This document shows, in pieces, positions 1 to 12,475 of a stretch of 64,000 bases of DNA. Within the stretch, counting starts at the first letter, position 1. Each line of letters starts with the position of its first letter. This DNA is from Felis catus (taxonomy: Eukaryota). The notes under the pieces are model-generated. The model saw only the letters and a list, made by a program, of their open reading frames with translations. It searched no databases and was not told the origin of the DNA. Made by a program: the position numbers and the translations under genes. Where the stretch lies: positions 18,168,001 through 18,232,000 of the forward strand of contig NC_058368.1 of NCBI RefSeq assembly GCF_018350175.1. The letters are read 5' to 3'.

Positions 1-78
1 TCTCTCTCTCCCTCTCAAAAATAAACATTGAAAAAAATTTTTAAATAAAATAAAATAAAATAAAATAAAATAAAATAA
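1..78 (+). mobile_element. Can-SINE 3' end (CT tract plus A-rich tail), cut by the window edge
   Basis: tctctctc..ctctcaaaaataaacatt followed by (TAAAA)n, the typical SINEC tail. Confidence 0.85.
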
Positions 79-1049
79 TTCAATTACCATATGACTCAGC
101 AATTGTAGTCTTTGGCATTTATCCCAGAAAAATGTACATTTATGTCCGTACCAAAATCCATATGTGAATGGTTGGTTATAGCAGTTTTATCTGTAAGCCC
201 CAAAGTAGAAACAACCCAAATATTCTTCAGCAGGTGAATGCTCAAACAAAGGTACTTTGGTCGTTTACCCACACCATGGAATACTATTCAGCAATAAAAA
301 GATGTGGACAATAACTTGGATAAATCTCAAGGGAATTATGATAAGGAGGAAAAAGTCAATATCCTAATAGGTAATATACTATATTAGTTTTCTGTTGCTG
401 CTGCAACAAGTTACCACAAACGTATCAGCTTAAACTACACAATTTTATTATCTTAGAGTTCTGGAAGCTAGGAATCCAAAATCAGTCTCCAAAGCCTTAA
501 AAAGTCAAGATGCTGACAGGGCTGATTCCCTCTGGGGACTCTATGGGAAGATCCATTTCCTTGATTTTTTCAGCTCCTAGAGGATGGCTACATCGCTTGG
601 CTTGCAGCCCCTCCCTGGAATCCCCCCATCCTCCATCCTCACATCTCCTACTACGATGTCTCTGATCTCTTGCCTCCTTTTATCAGGACTTTTGTGATTA
701 TATTGGACCCATCAACATAATCCAAGATAGTCTCCCTCTCTTCAGGTCCTGAACATAATCACATCTGCACAGAACCTTTTACCATGTTGGATAATGTATT
801 CATAGGTTCAAGGAATTAGGACTTGGACATCTTTGGAAAACCATTATTCAGCCTATCACATATGCTTCTTGATTTGATTTATAAAACATTATTTAAATGA
901 AAATATTATAGAACTGGAGAACAGATTAGTGGTTGCCACGGTGTGGGGAGACAGTTGCTGTGAAAGGGCAACACTTGTGGTATTAGAACTGCTTTGTATC
1001 ATAATTATGGTGGTGCGTACACAAATCTACACGTAGGCAAAATAGACCT

Positions 1050-1094
<45 letters not shown>

Positions 1095-1290
1095 TGAGTA
1101 TAAATAAAACTGGGCAAATTTGAATAAAATATGTGGATCATATCAATGTTAACATCCTGTCTGTGATATCATTGTATGGTTTGCAAGATGTTATTGATGA
1201 GGGAAACTAGGTGAAGGATACATGCAATCTCTTTGTATTTCCCACAACTGCGAGTCAATCTATGATTATCTCAAAATTGACAGTTTAAAG
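79..1290 (+). mobile_element. Old L1 (L1MC-like) ORF2 end/3' UTR, interrupted by an MLT1 LTR; internal (CA)n at about 1051-1092
   Basis: ttaccatatgactcagcaatt, atggaatactattcagcaataaaaa and gagaacagattagtggttgcc are characteristic L1M 3' motifs; the sequence resumes after 860. Confidence 0.8.
380..860 (-). mobile_element. MaLR solo LTR (MLT1D-like)
   Basis: Starts tattagttttctgttgctgctgcaacaagttaccacaaa and ends ccattattcagcctatcaca (reverse complement of MLT1 ends); 5-bp TSD-like tatac/tatgc. Confidence 0.85.
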
Positions 1291-1379
1291 AAATGAAACA
1301 AAACCCCCCAAAAGTCAGTTTTTATTGTAGAAATGTAATAATACCTTAGGTTGTGTCCTAAGCCCAGCTAATAGAATTA

Positions 1380-1525
1380 TTGGGGGAGATTGTTGTAAGA
1401 ATACAGAATCCTTGACCATATCTCAGACCAACTTGATAAGAATTTTTTGGGGGATAAAAGCCAGGAGTCTCCATCTTTACAAACTTCCCAAGTGATATAT
1501 TGCCAACTAGGTTTAGAGACCACTG
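1380..1525. mobile_element. MER5A-like hAT-Charlie fossil
   Basis: aatacagaatcc..agccaggagtctccatctttacaaacttcccaagtgat..ggtttagagaccactg. Confidence 0.65.
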
Positions 1526-1750
1526 TATTATATTATGTACTGTTTTTCTTCAAACAGTTCTTTTGGTTTACAATTCAATTTTGGTTTACAATTTCAAGAA
1601 GCACATAAGTCCGTCTTACCAAGATGATAGCAGAAGAATGAAAGCCCTCTACATATACTCTTCAGGGGGAATTTTGAATGAGTTTGGGGAACAATTGAGT
1701 AAGAATGAGGGAAATTTGGGATACTGTGTTTAAAAATGATCAGGCTGTCA

Positions 1751-1842
1751 CTTTGGATTCTGTGTCTCCCTCTCTCTCTGCCCCTCCCCCGTTCATGCTC
1801 TGTCTCTCCTTCAAAAATAAATAAATATTCAATTTTTTTAAT
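1751..1842 (+). mobile_element. 5'-truncated Can-SINE
   Basis: ttggattctgtgtctccctctctctctgcccctcccc..aaaataaataaa; atcaggctg on both sides (TSD). Confidence 0.85.
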
Positions 1843-3099
1843 TATCAGGCTGATAACTTATGTCTGAATTAGCCTACTAGAAAAGTAGTTGTTTCGAGGT
1901 TCTCCCTAACAGGGGAGAAGGCAGTTGTACACTAGCAGGAGAAAGGGGACAAGTGTGAACATAAAAAGGGGACACACTGATTGGAGATATTTGGGTGCTG
2001 CTTTGGACGTGCAACTTACTTTAAAAATGGAAGCCCTTATGCTACTATGCATAATTGTTTGAAGACCCTAATTGCAGCATTGAGAGGCAGGGCATGACAA
2101 GAACCATTTTAAGTTGCCAAAGTAGCAGGAAACCAAAATGGCCAGATGCAGAGACTGGAGAAGAGAATAGATGAAATGACATTTCAAAGGCAAAAGTAAC
2201 TTATTGGTTTATGAGTGGATTTTTTACATGGATGGGAACCAACAGAAATGCTCTTAAAAGACAATGTATATCTATGTGCCTCTATACAAAGATATACATG
2301 CCTCAATGTATATCTAAGAGACAATGTGCCTCTCTTACATGAAGAGGTATTGTGTGAATAAAGGTGAGAATCCTACAATCTATGAGTTGACACTAGCTCA
2401 ACTGAATTAATCGAGATACTGTTCGTTTGGAAACTTTTCCTAAAGAGCAGAGCCTGTGTCCCACCCACAAAGTTCATTTAAAAACCTGATTGGGGTCAAT
2501 TAACGCAAGGAGGCAATTAAAATTGGATGTCATAGAAGGAAACAGTGTACCAGGTTTCTGCACGACAAGCTTGAGTATTGACTGATAATCAGTCACATGC
2601 CAATTGTTACTTTCCTGATTATTACTCATTCCCTCATTTCTCTGAGCACTGGAGAGGTCTAAGGTCCAAGATCAAGGCAGCCAGTATTTGGAACTTCACC
2701 AGAAGAACCTATGTGGTGGGATTAGCTATCCTGTTACCCACGCTGGGCAGAATTTGCCTCATGCTTTCAAGGACGGAGGAAACAAATCTTATAATGACCC
2801 CCTGCTGCCTAAGTCCCTCCACGTGAAGAGGCAGCCAGCTCTACATAGAGGACATACACTCCTCTGCCTATCAGATACTCATCATTTAGTGAAGGGACTC
2901 CCTGCTCTGGTACCATTTCTCTAGAGCAGTGGCCTCTACAAATAGAGCTGTAATCACTGGCCTCCTATGGAGAGACACTGAGACTTCTGCCAGCAATATT
3001 TGCTAAGAGATTAAGTGACGTTAGATAATGTTCATTGTAAGAACTTAATGAGTTCTAGGACCTTAACCTACTGTAATGCATCAGCCTCAGGGAATGTGA

Positions 3100-4810
3100 T
3101 ATTTGTTAATGTTCTTTTTATCAATAAATTTTTAAATATATTGCAGCTAGAGTTCTTGAGAAAGGTGCTGTTGCTTGTTTATTGGTCCATTAAAGAAGAT
3201 TGTAGAGATGCTCGGGTGGGAACCAGCAGCAGTTCATGCCTCCTGGAAGGTCATCTAAATCTTTTTTGCATCTCTAATGGCATAAGAGTTGCATGGGTGG
3301 AGGTGAGCAATTTACAGCCCATGGGAAGACCCTGTCCCAGTTAATGGTTTATACGTGATGATTTATTTCAGTTCTGCTTCCTGGTCCTCGGAGGTCAAGG
3401 AGGGATCAATCTTCCCCCTGTGGATACTGCGTTTGGAAACTGGGCATTTTAGAGAGCAATTATCTCTGAGGTCAAGTGTGATGCTCCTATTTCCAATCTG
3501 TAATCTTGAATCTGAACTTCCAGAACAGAGATTGGGCTTATTTGGCCAGGATCATCGCTCTCTCTGCTCCCATGTTATTCCAAGCCCTTCCCTATACCTT
3601 CTTAGCACCCTTATTTAAACCAAATCACTGGTCTGGCTCTCAAAAGACTACAAGAATCCCTTGTTGTGAACTTCAAAGCCTAATCCTTAATTCCTGGCAG
3701 TGTTTTAGTATTTCTTCACATGACTCTCTGGATCGGACCCTCCAGATCTTCGGGGCGTGTACTTTATTGTGCAGCACATTGGCACCCCCATGTCATAACA
3801 TACTAGAGTAGAATGGTAAACCATTAGTCAGCTAGCTGAAAGGGGTAAAGAATTTAGGTATTGCTGGATACGTCTATAATTTCCTACAGGTGAACAATTC
3901 ATACAATACTGTGCTTAAAATTCCAATACCATTCTCCTCAAGAGCTTAATAAACATTTTGGGAACTAAGCCAACATTACTCTCCCATACCTGCCCTTTCA
4001 TATCAAAGGGATAAAGGCCAAGATTGTTCCTCTGCAGTTTCATCGTTAGCTTTTCTTTTTCAAGGTCAGGAACTTTCCTGGGGCCTAAGGAGCTCAACCC
4101 AACACCAGCACCCCAGGCTCATTTTCCTGACCAACATCCGTGCCGAGTCTCTTGGGTGTGAGATAACATTTAATCAAGTCAATAAACACTGGGCAGTGAT
4201 CTGAAACACTTGTGAATATGAGGATTGTGTCCCATCCACCTGGCTTTCTTATTATAGGATTAAGGTGTTGAAATAAGGCTGGAGATCCTGTGACAAAGAT
4301 CAGATTTACCATAAACACTGTGATTTATTCCTCCCTGGAGAATTTTAATAGACAGGGTATCCTGTTGCTCAGGTGTTGTAATTCCAGGTCTGCATCAGAA
4401 GTAGAGAATTAAATGGGTGCTCAGTGACACCTTGAGCTCCTAGCTAGTTCTTACCTCCAACTCCATACTTCTAGTAAATGGCTGGGTTATGTATCCCCAC
4501 CGTTGCCAGGAGATACTCTTCTCATGTCATTTTCTGACGGTAGGTACTTGAATTCTGAAGCGCTTTCCAAATGTTCTTTTCAGATCTTCTTTATAAACCA
4601 CTTAAAGAACAGCCCTGTGAGGGGGTGGTGTAAGGAACAGACCTTTTGAATGTAGAGCATATCCCGTGGGTATGAAATGCTTTTGAAAATTAGCCATGGC
4701 ATTGTCTCTGGAGCTTGTATGAGGTCCAAGTTGATGTCCCCCACGTGAGACATACCATGCCAGTCCAGAGGGTGGGCACCTCAGTGGCAGCAATGCCCCC
4801 ACACCTAGTC
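3100..4810 (-). pseudogene. Candidate endogenous bornavirus-like L (RdRp/capping domain) element, degraded by stops and frameshifts
   Basis: Minus-strand translation gives co-linear motifs: GGIAATEVPTLWTGM (~4800-4755), PHRAVL/KWFIKKI (~4625-4583), NLIFVT...PKRLGTDVGQENEPG (ORF 4094-4318), IDVSSx/YLNSL (~3875-3846), FTILL*YVMTWGC (~3820-3782), QGLP/WAV (~3334-3312). These resemble BoDV-1 L motifs as I recall them; the alignment is by eye, with no database search. Confidence 0.6.
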
Positions 4811-5009
4811 TACTCTCTTCAAACCACCTCACACAGCTCCTTGTCCAAGCCATCTGTGTATTGTTCTGCTCCCGGGACTCTTAGGCACCTTCCCAATTCC
4901 CTTTTACTCTTATATTATTTCATCTTCACCTTTGCCCGTTTACCAGCATGGTGCCTTAACCTCTGAATACCAGCCCCTTTCTCCCATCAACATCCAATTC
5001 ATGTCCCTC

Positions 5010-5510
5010 TTTGTCATTCACCCAACACACATTGATAGAGTACCAGGCACATACAGCCGACAAGCTAGGTTTGGGGTACCCACCCACTGGTGAATAAACA
5101 AGCACGCTCTCTACCCAGTGGAGCTTACAGCCTATTGAGGGAGGCAGACAATTAACTGGAAAGCAAACAAATCAATAATAAGCAACGAACAATGAGACAG
5201 AACCTCCTGAGGGAGGGTGGCGACATTTACGCTAAGACCTGAAAACTGAGAAGTCGTGTGTCCTCTGGGAGTGAGTGGGAACAGAGCACCCGGCAGAATG
5301 AGCAGCATGTCGTGTGCTGGTGTATGCTTTCCAAAGCTGTGTGCGTGGGATATGGGAGGAGGGCAGGAATGGAAGTGGGGAGACCACTGCGTGGCTGTGG
5401 ACATAGTCCACAGAGAGATGATGAAGGAAAATGCTGGCAGTGACGGTGGAGAGAAGTGACGACGGAGGGAATTGGGTACAAGGTGCGAGAGATTGAGAGG
5501 AGCCAACAGT
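5010..5510 (-). mobile_element. L2 3' fragment
   Basis: tcattcacccaacacacattgatagagtaccaggcac..ggagcttacagcctattgagggaggcagacaatt is typical of an antisense L2 3' end. Confidence 0.65.
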
Positions 5511-5694
5511 GGATTATTCCAAGCAATTTAAGCCCCTACTGACTCTTTCAGCCTAGTGTCATGTACCCAAAAAAGATTTAAAAAAATGTTTGTTCCTTTT
5601 TTTTTTTTTTTTAGATTTAACACTTCCATACACCATTTGTTCGGCAGTGACTCAGGTAATATCCTGTGACATCTCTTCCATTGTTTTGTTTTGT

Positions 5695-5860
5695 TTTTTA
5701 ATTTATTTTAAGGGGGGGGGGTAGAGAGGGAGGAGAGAGAGAGAATCCCAAGCAGGCTCCACACTGTCAGTGCAGAGCCTGACGCAAAGCTCGAACTTAT
5801 GAACCATGAGATCGTGACCTGAGCTGAAATCAAGAGTGGGATGCTTGACCAACTGGGTCA
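5695..5860 (-). mobile_element. Can-SINE
   Basis: gagaatcccaagcaggctccacactgtcagtgcagagcctgac..gagatcgtgacctgagctgaaatcaagagt. Confidence 0.9.
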
Positions 5861-8147
5861 AGCTGTTTTTTAAATCAAACATACTGGCATGTATCATCAG
5901 ATAAACACTAAAAAGGATACAATTTACCACCCTACGAAAAAAGTTGACGTGGCTCTTAGAGGAGATCATTTCTTTCTTTGATAGCAAAGCCATAGTAACA
6001 AAGAGGAAGCATCAATTGTAATTCCTCTTTCCAATTTTCACTTTATTGAATATTATATTCTTGATTAATCATGTACTTATGTTCCAGGGTAATATTAATT
6101 TGGGGTGATTCTCCAAGGGTTCAAGGCCTATTTGTGTGCCATGCCCCTTAGTCATGATTATAGATCAGAAGGCAAATGGCAGAGTAGGATGGGGAATGCC
6201 GAGGCTGAGCCAGAGCTGTGTGTCTGGAATGGATAGCCACATTGCAAGAGGTCAATCACATCTTGTCATAATCAGGCTTATTTGCCCAGCAGAAGCAGAG
6301 GAGTCCGTGCTTGACTTTTGGAGGCTGGGGACAGGGGAAGGGAGAGAAAAGCTGCTAAAGGAAGCAGCCGAGTGAAGATTGTTCCCCATCCTCTGTGGAT
6401 CAGTGGGTTCCAATGGAGAGCTCAGGTCAGACTCTACGTGATGTTCCTGCCCAATTAATGGAGGTCTGAGGACCAAAAGATGTCACGTGGACTTGTACAT
6501 GGCTCCCCTAAACATTTCCAGGCTCGGGCCTGGAAATTTTTGAGCAGGAAGAATTGGAAGAAGCATGCATAGCATACTGGTGGGGCTGGTGGGAAAGTCC
6601 CAGCAGTCAGCCATCAACACCTAGGGGGGAAAATCTTTTATTAAAAAAAAAAAAAAAAGATAGTCTTCATATAAAGAGTTCTATTGTATAAACATGTGCA
6701 GAAAGTTGTGAAATCCACTTAGTATTAAACATTCTGCCGTACCTAAAATAGCAAAGCAACAAACACAGGCTATTCAGTCTTTCCACTTTGGAAAAAGAAA
6801 CACTGTGTCAATTCAACCCATAATTTAAGCCTGAGATCACCAGCTCTTTCTAGACTAGAGGAGGGGTCTGAATGCGTGGCTTTGCTACTGGTCATTCCAG
6901 CCATTTAGAAAGGGCTCCAGTCTGAGCCCTGCCACAGGGAAGGACCGCGTCGAAACAGCTGCAGCTGAATCAACCCACCAAAAATGTGGGTGAACCTAAT
7001 TAGCTGTGGCATGGCGGTTGGAGTAAGCCACACAGTTGGGTTATAAGCCTTGGCCCTGCCACTTGTCTAGCACTGGCAAGTGCTTAATCCGTTAGAATGA
7101 CTGCATTCTGCTGCATTTTGCCCCTTTAGTTTTTCAAGTCCTAAAGTGAAAATAAATACTGCCAGTGAAAAAGGACCAACTGAGAAGGTGGAATGGAGAA
7201 TGAACAAAGAAGCATTCCCTAGTGATGTCAGCATGGAAGAACAAAAGGTTGGGAACTAGGTACTTTCATGTCTCACTGTTATGGGATTATTGTACTTCCC
7301 TTTCATAGAAATATGCTGCTTTCTTCAGTTCTGTGCTTAGTCTGCAGGTCCCACCCTAGTCCCTAGAGAACACATGCTGGCTATCATTTTCCTCCATATT
7401 GGAAAGAAAACAAATTGGCAGGAGACCTTCCTGAGTTAGGAGTTTTATAACGATAATACTCAGTGACATGGTAAAATGATTTTTACCAATTTATATCTAT
7501 GATCCCTCTTCTTACTGTGTCGATGCATTTTTTTTTTAAATGAAGACTGCCAAGAAAATCCACTACCGTAATTTAGTACTTTATCCTAAAGCGTTACTTA
7601 AAGCCTTTTTAAAATTTATATGTTTTTTCCTGGAAAACAAACCAGATGTTGATTACCAAGATGCTTTAAGTTTCAAAAGGAAATACTTTTGCTTCTCTCT
7701 GGGCCTCTGTAAAAGTGATACTATCATGGTTAACCAGACCGGATTTTTGTTGGAGTAACTTTTGCTTTTCTGTCCAGATGAGTTTGCTAAATCAGCATTC
7801 CTTTTAAGTTTCTTATAGGAGCCATCTAATCAAGGTGTTATTTGGGCTGAAGTTGTTCAAAACTTAAAACATATAGCACCTCATTAGCTTGGGCAGATGT
7901 GGTTGCTTTGAGAATTGCGTGCTGTTGTAAAAACAAGAAAACAGTGCTTCCGATTCCCGTGTTAAGGGTCTCCCACATTTGACTCGTCACAAGGACCAGG
8001 TGAGGGGCAGAAGTCTCTGATCAGAATGTTACTCTCCACCATGTGTTCCCATAGCATCATCAGATTCACACCTGCATGATCACATTAATCCCTTTGAAGG
8101 TAAATGTATTCTTACATGTTTGTTCCTTCCACTTAATTGTGAGGGTT

Positions 8148-8252
8148 GAGACAATATGGTGGAAGGACAGCGTTGGGTTCAAATCCATTTAGGCCACAGG
8201 TTAAACTATATAATCTCTCTAACTCTTTCTTTTTATCACTTGGTAAAAAAAA

Positions 8253-8304
<52 letters not shown>

Positions 8305-8620
8305 ATAATGCTTCTATCTCAGGGTTGAAAAAGAAACACATTCTTTTTTTAAATTTTTTTTTCAACGTTTATTTATTTTTGGGACAGAGAGAGACAGAGC
8401 ATGAACGGGCGAGGGGCAGAGAGAGAGGGAGACACAGAATCGGAAACAGGCTCCAGGCTCTGAGCCATCAGCCCAGAGCCCGACGCGGGGCTCGAACTCA
8501 CAGACCGCGAGATCGTGACCTGGCTGAAGTCGGACGCTTAACCGACTGCGCCACCCAGGCGCCCCAGAAACACATTCTTAATAATCAATGCTTAGCCCTT
8601 AGCAGGGGATGCAATAAATG
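8148..8620 (+). mobile_element. MIR containing A-run/(GA)n, split by a Can-SINE
   Basis: ttgggttcaaatcc..cacttggtaaaa..aataataatgcttctatctcagggttg..gcaataaatg MIR core pattern. Confidence 0.55.
8346..8565 (-). mobile_element. Full-length young SINEC_Fc
   Basis: Complete body ending ccacccaggcgcccc with CpGs intact; exact 14-bp TSD agaaacacattctt (8332-8345, 8566-8579). Confidence 0.97.
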
Positions 8621-10628
8621 CACGTTAAATAAGTAAACCAATGAAAGACAAAGAGAGGGAGGAGTCCTCAAGAGCTCTGAGAAGGAAGTTTTTCTGGAAG
8701 ACACTCCATTCTCTTTACCCCAGTCAGGTTCCCTCACCCAAACTCCTATCGCTTTGGACATATGTCCAGGTTTTATGTAGTATTAGCATAGGAAGGGTGG
8801 GGGGAGGGAATGACCGTGGTTCTTGCCTTTCACACTTAACTTCTGAATTAGTAGGTTGAATAGTTAGGGACCACTGTTTTCCATGGAAGCCCAAATCCAT
8901 TAGAATGGGAAAAAATAATTACTTCTCAAAATTCTTGTTGGCAAGTATGAAGAAAAGTTCACAGTGTTACAAGACGTGTCCCCAGATAGCTGATGATGAA
9001 CCCGTGACTCTGTTCTGGGGCCAGTTTCAAGGGGACTGGAGAAAAGATGAATCTCTGCTCCCCACTCACCATCTTATAAGCACCAAGTACTTTCCATCGG
9101 CATTTTTTTTTTAAACTAGAAAATAGACTTACACATCCATCACTATTATTTAATTTGTTCCCCCTTCAAAACAAAATATTTCTTTCTCTGTGTCTTCGCC
9201 TGTTGCTCCAAGAGCCGAAGGTGATGAAAGGGAAGCCTCCTCAGAGAAGATGAAAAGCCCCCTTGTTATGACACATCTCATTTTCCATGGTTAAATACTA
9301 TTTAGAATACAGGTAAAGCCCTGAGTAGTTTCCCTGGTGTTTGCCAAGCCCAAAGCCGCAGACAGTGGAGAGGGGCAGAACATGAGCAATGAGGGAATGT
9401 GGGCTGAGGGATTCCGTGTTTAGACAGATGGCTTCAGGCAGTGCTGCTGGCCAGAGAAAGCAACAGTCCCCGCCTGGAGCACCAGGCCCCAGGAGAGCGA
9501 GTGGAGACGTTTGCACCAACCGCGTGAGGTCATGGGGAGAGCCAAGTATGAAGACAGGATTCTCAGTCATCATCACCCTGCAAAGTGTCAAGAGGAAAGG
9601 AGAGTGGTCTTAGTCATAAACTGGAGAAATGGATTATTTTTCTTGAAGAAGAGTATTTATGAGAATGAAGTCATGTGGAAGGGGTATCAAAATAAGAAGC
9701 TGTGGTGACAAATTTGGGGGAGGGGTGGGCGTGGTAAGGGGGGCTGTTGATCCCGCTTCCTCGTTATCTCCTGGCTGTTATGTGTTCTGGGTGTTGACCT
9801 GGTTTATTAACTAGGTTTTATTTGACGTGCCCACCTGGATCCATGGGTAATGGCTGCCTGGAATATAGGGAGAGAATCTGATGATTGACGACTGATGTCT
9901 GCCACAGGACAGGATATAAGAGTAGTTCCATTAATGTCATTTGCTGACCATCGCAAGTCTAAAATTCAGCTTCCTTAGGCATTACTTTCCTCATGTTGAA
10001 AACAATGCCAACCAAAGGTATGTGAATTATTTTAAGCCTAAGGTGTAACCAATGAGTATATTGTTTGAGGGTTATTGTAGGTATATTAAGTTCACTTGCT
10101 TATTATACTATATTTAGCATTCAAGTAAATGGAGGTATTCAACCTTCTACATTATTCATCATAACCCACTCATTGTGCATAGGCATCTGGGATTATAGTA
10201 GTTTTGGGATTAGGTTATCATTCACATAATACAGTGGTACCTGATATAGCCTTACAGGATTGTAGGCTTTCGTTGGTTGGGGTTTTATAATGTGATCTCA
10301 AAGATCGAAACATTGCACAGTTAATATAAAAAAGATGGGACATTTGAAAACGCTTGGAGATCTGTATCTGTCTATTTATTTTCAAAATGTAGGAGATGTT
10401 GTTTTAAACAACTGCTTCATAACAAACAAACTTTTGGATTAGAAGACCTTCTAAAAACAGTCCTAGTCTCAAGGATCTGGGAGAGTTCTTGAGAATTTAC
10501 TTAATTTTCTAACCACCCCTCATACTCAGGCAGGACTTCATAGGAAGGGCTTCTGGAATTATTTTGCACAATTTTCTCCTTTAAACTTCCTAAAGCAGAT
10601 TTGACAGTCTCCTTGAATAACCTATTAC

Positions 10629-10832
10629 ACAGCAAATCCAAGTTTCGTGGGGCCTGGAGCTCATACAAGTTTGGGGGTTCCTTTTGAAGAAAATGGATAC
10701 AAAAATGCCTTTTACAAATTTTATATAAACATAAGACATGTAAACACATAACCCTGTCCCCTACCAGGGTTTTGGAAGGGGCTTTGTGGCCTTAACTTTA
10801 TCAGCCCTGAAGCATTGGCTTTATCAGCTTTG
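10629..10832 (-). mobile_element. MER53-like hAT MITE
   Basis: atccaagtttcgtggggcctggagctcatacaagtttggggg..tttacaaattttatataaacata..ccagggttttggaaggggc matches the MER53 layout. Confidence 0.75.
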
Positions 10833-10884
10833 CGTTTTTTTTAAAGCTTTTACATTTTTTAAAATATTTTTAATATTTTAAAAG

Positions 10885-11111
10885 TTTTTTTTTTTTGCAT
10901 TCCAGTTAGTTAACATACAGTGTGGTAATAGTTTCAAGTGCACAATATAGTGATTCAACACTTATATACAACACCCAGCGCTCATCACAAGTGCACTCCT
11001 TAATCCCCATCACCTATTTAACACCCCCCCACACACACACACATACACACATGTTCTCGCTGGTAACCATCAGTTTCTTCTCTCTAGTTGGAAGTCTGTT
11101 TCTTGGTTTGC

Positions 11112-11144
<33 letters not shown>

Positions 11145-11900
11145 TCTCTCTTTTTCCCATTGCTCATTTGTTCTATTTCTTAAATTTCACATATGAGTGA
11201 AATCATATAATATTTGTTTTTCTCTGGCTGACTTATTTCACTTAGTATAGTACTCTCCAGCTCCATTCATATCACTGCGAGTGGCAAGATTTTATTCTTT
11301 TTGATGGATGAGTGATGGACACTTGGGCTGTTTCCATAATTTGGCTATTGCAGATAATGCTGCTATAAACATTGGGGTCCATGTATCCCTGTGAGTTAGT
11401 ATTTTTGCATCCTTTGCGTAAATACCTAGAAGTACAACTGCTGGATGGTAGGGTAGTTATACTTTTTGTGGATGCTCCATACCTTTTTCCACAGTGGCTG
11501 TGCCACTTTGCTTTGCCACCAACAGGGCACGAGGGTTAGTAGGAACAGTGCACAAGGGCTCCCCTTCTCCACCTCCTCCCCAACGCTTCTTTCTTGTGTT
11601 GTTAATTTTAGCCACCCTGACAGGTATGAGGTGATACCTCATTGTAGGTTTAATTCGTATTTCCCTGATGATCAGCGATGTTGAGCATCTTTTCATGTGT
11701 CCGTTGGCCATCTGGATGTCTTCTTTGGAAAAATGTCCATTCATGTCTTCTGCCCAGCTCTTAATTAGATTAATCATCTCGTGGGTGTTGAGTTTTATAA
11801 GTTCTTTATATATTCTGGATACTAACCATTTATGACATATGTCATTTGCAGATATCTTCTCCTATTCTACAAATTGCTATTTAGTTTTGTTGATTATTTC
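10885..11900 (-). mobile_element. Carnivore L1 3' fragment (ORF2 C-terminus plus 3' UTR)
   Basis: ORF 11457-11777(-) reads [37 protein letters not shown], the L1 ORF2p C-terminus; poly(T) at the left end. Confidence 0.95.
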
Positions 11901-11974
11901 AGCTGGGTCTACAGACATTTGGAATTCAGTTAGCACTATGGAAGTGAAAATAAAAAGGGTTTTTAATTTTTAAA

Positions 11975-12190
11975 CTTAAAAAAAGGTTTTTATTTATTTT
12001 GAGAGAGAGACAGAGAGACAGAGTGCAAGTGGGGGGGGGGGGCAGAAAGAGAGTCACAGACTCCAAAGCAGGCTCCACACTCTGAGCTGTCAGCACGGAG
12101 TCCTACGGGGGGCTCGAACTCGTGAACCATGAGATCATGACCTGAGCCGAAGTTGGACACTTAATTGACTGAGCACCACCCAGGTGCCCC
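11975..12190 (-). mobile_element. Can-SINE
   Basis: Full body ending caggtgcccc; TSD gggtttttaa(t/c)ttttaaa. Confidence 0.95.
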
Positions 12191-12289
12191 GGGTTTTTAA
12201 CTTTTAAAAAGTACTAGTACGTATGATTTTTCTGAGCAGGAATCACTGTTCGGTATATCCTAAAGCCCACTGAAGGCAGCAATGTTCAG

Positions 12290-12475
12290 CACTATTCTGG
12301 GCAAGCTCTTCAACCCTCTACATTTTATTTCTTCACTTGTAGAATAAGAATAATATCAGTCCTTACCTCACCGATTTGTTGAGAGTGTTTAATGACCTAG
12401 TACACCTGAAACAATCCCTAGCATACTAAGCGTTCAATGATTATTATCCGCTATTATTATTGTTAATATTATTAT
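12290..12475 (+). mobile_element. MIR
   Basis: tgggcaagctcttcaaccctct..ttcttcacttgtagaataagaataata..acctcaccgatttgttgagag. Confidence 0.7.

Noticed and set aside
2650..3450. Plus-strand peptides SKIKAA (bornavirus N-like), LASYGETL (L-like) and LRLETG (RTE/L4-like)
   Set aside because: Isolated short matches with no co-linear support, on the opposite strand to the consistent motif series
4094..4420. SDHCPVFIDL and LLLMQTW on the minus strand, resembling AP-endonuclease/LINE EN motifs
   Set aside because: The motifs are too close together for an EN domain and the GDFN motif is absent. The same ORF fits the co-linear bornavirus L series better. It remains the alternative to test.
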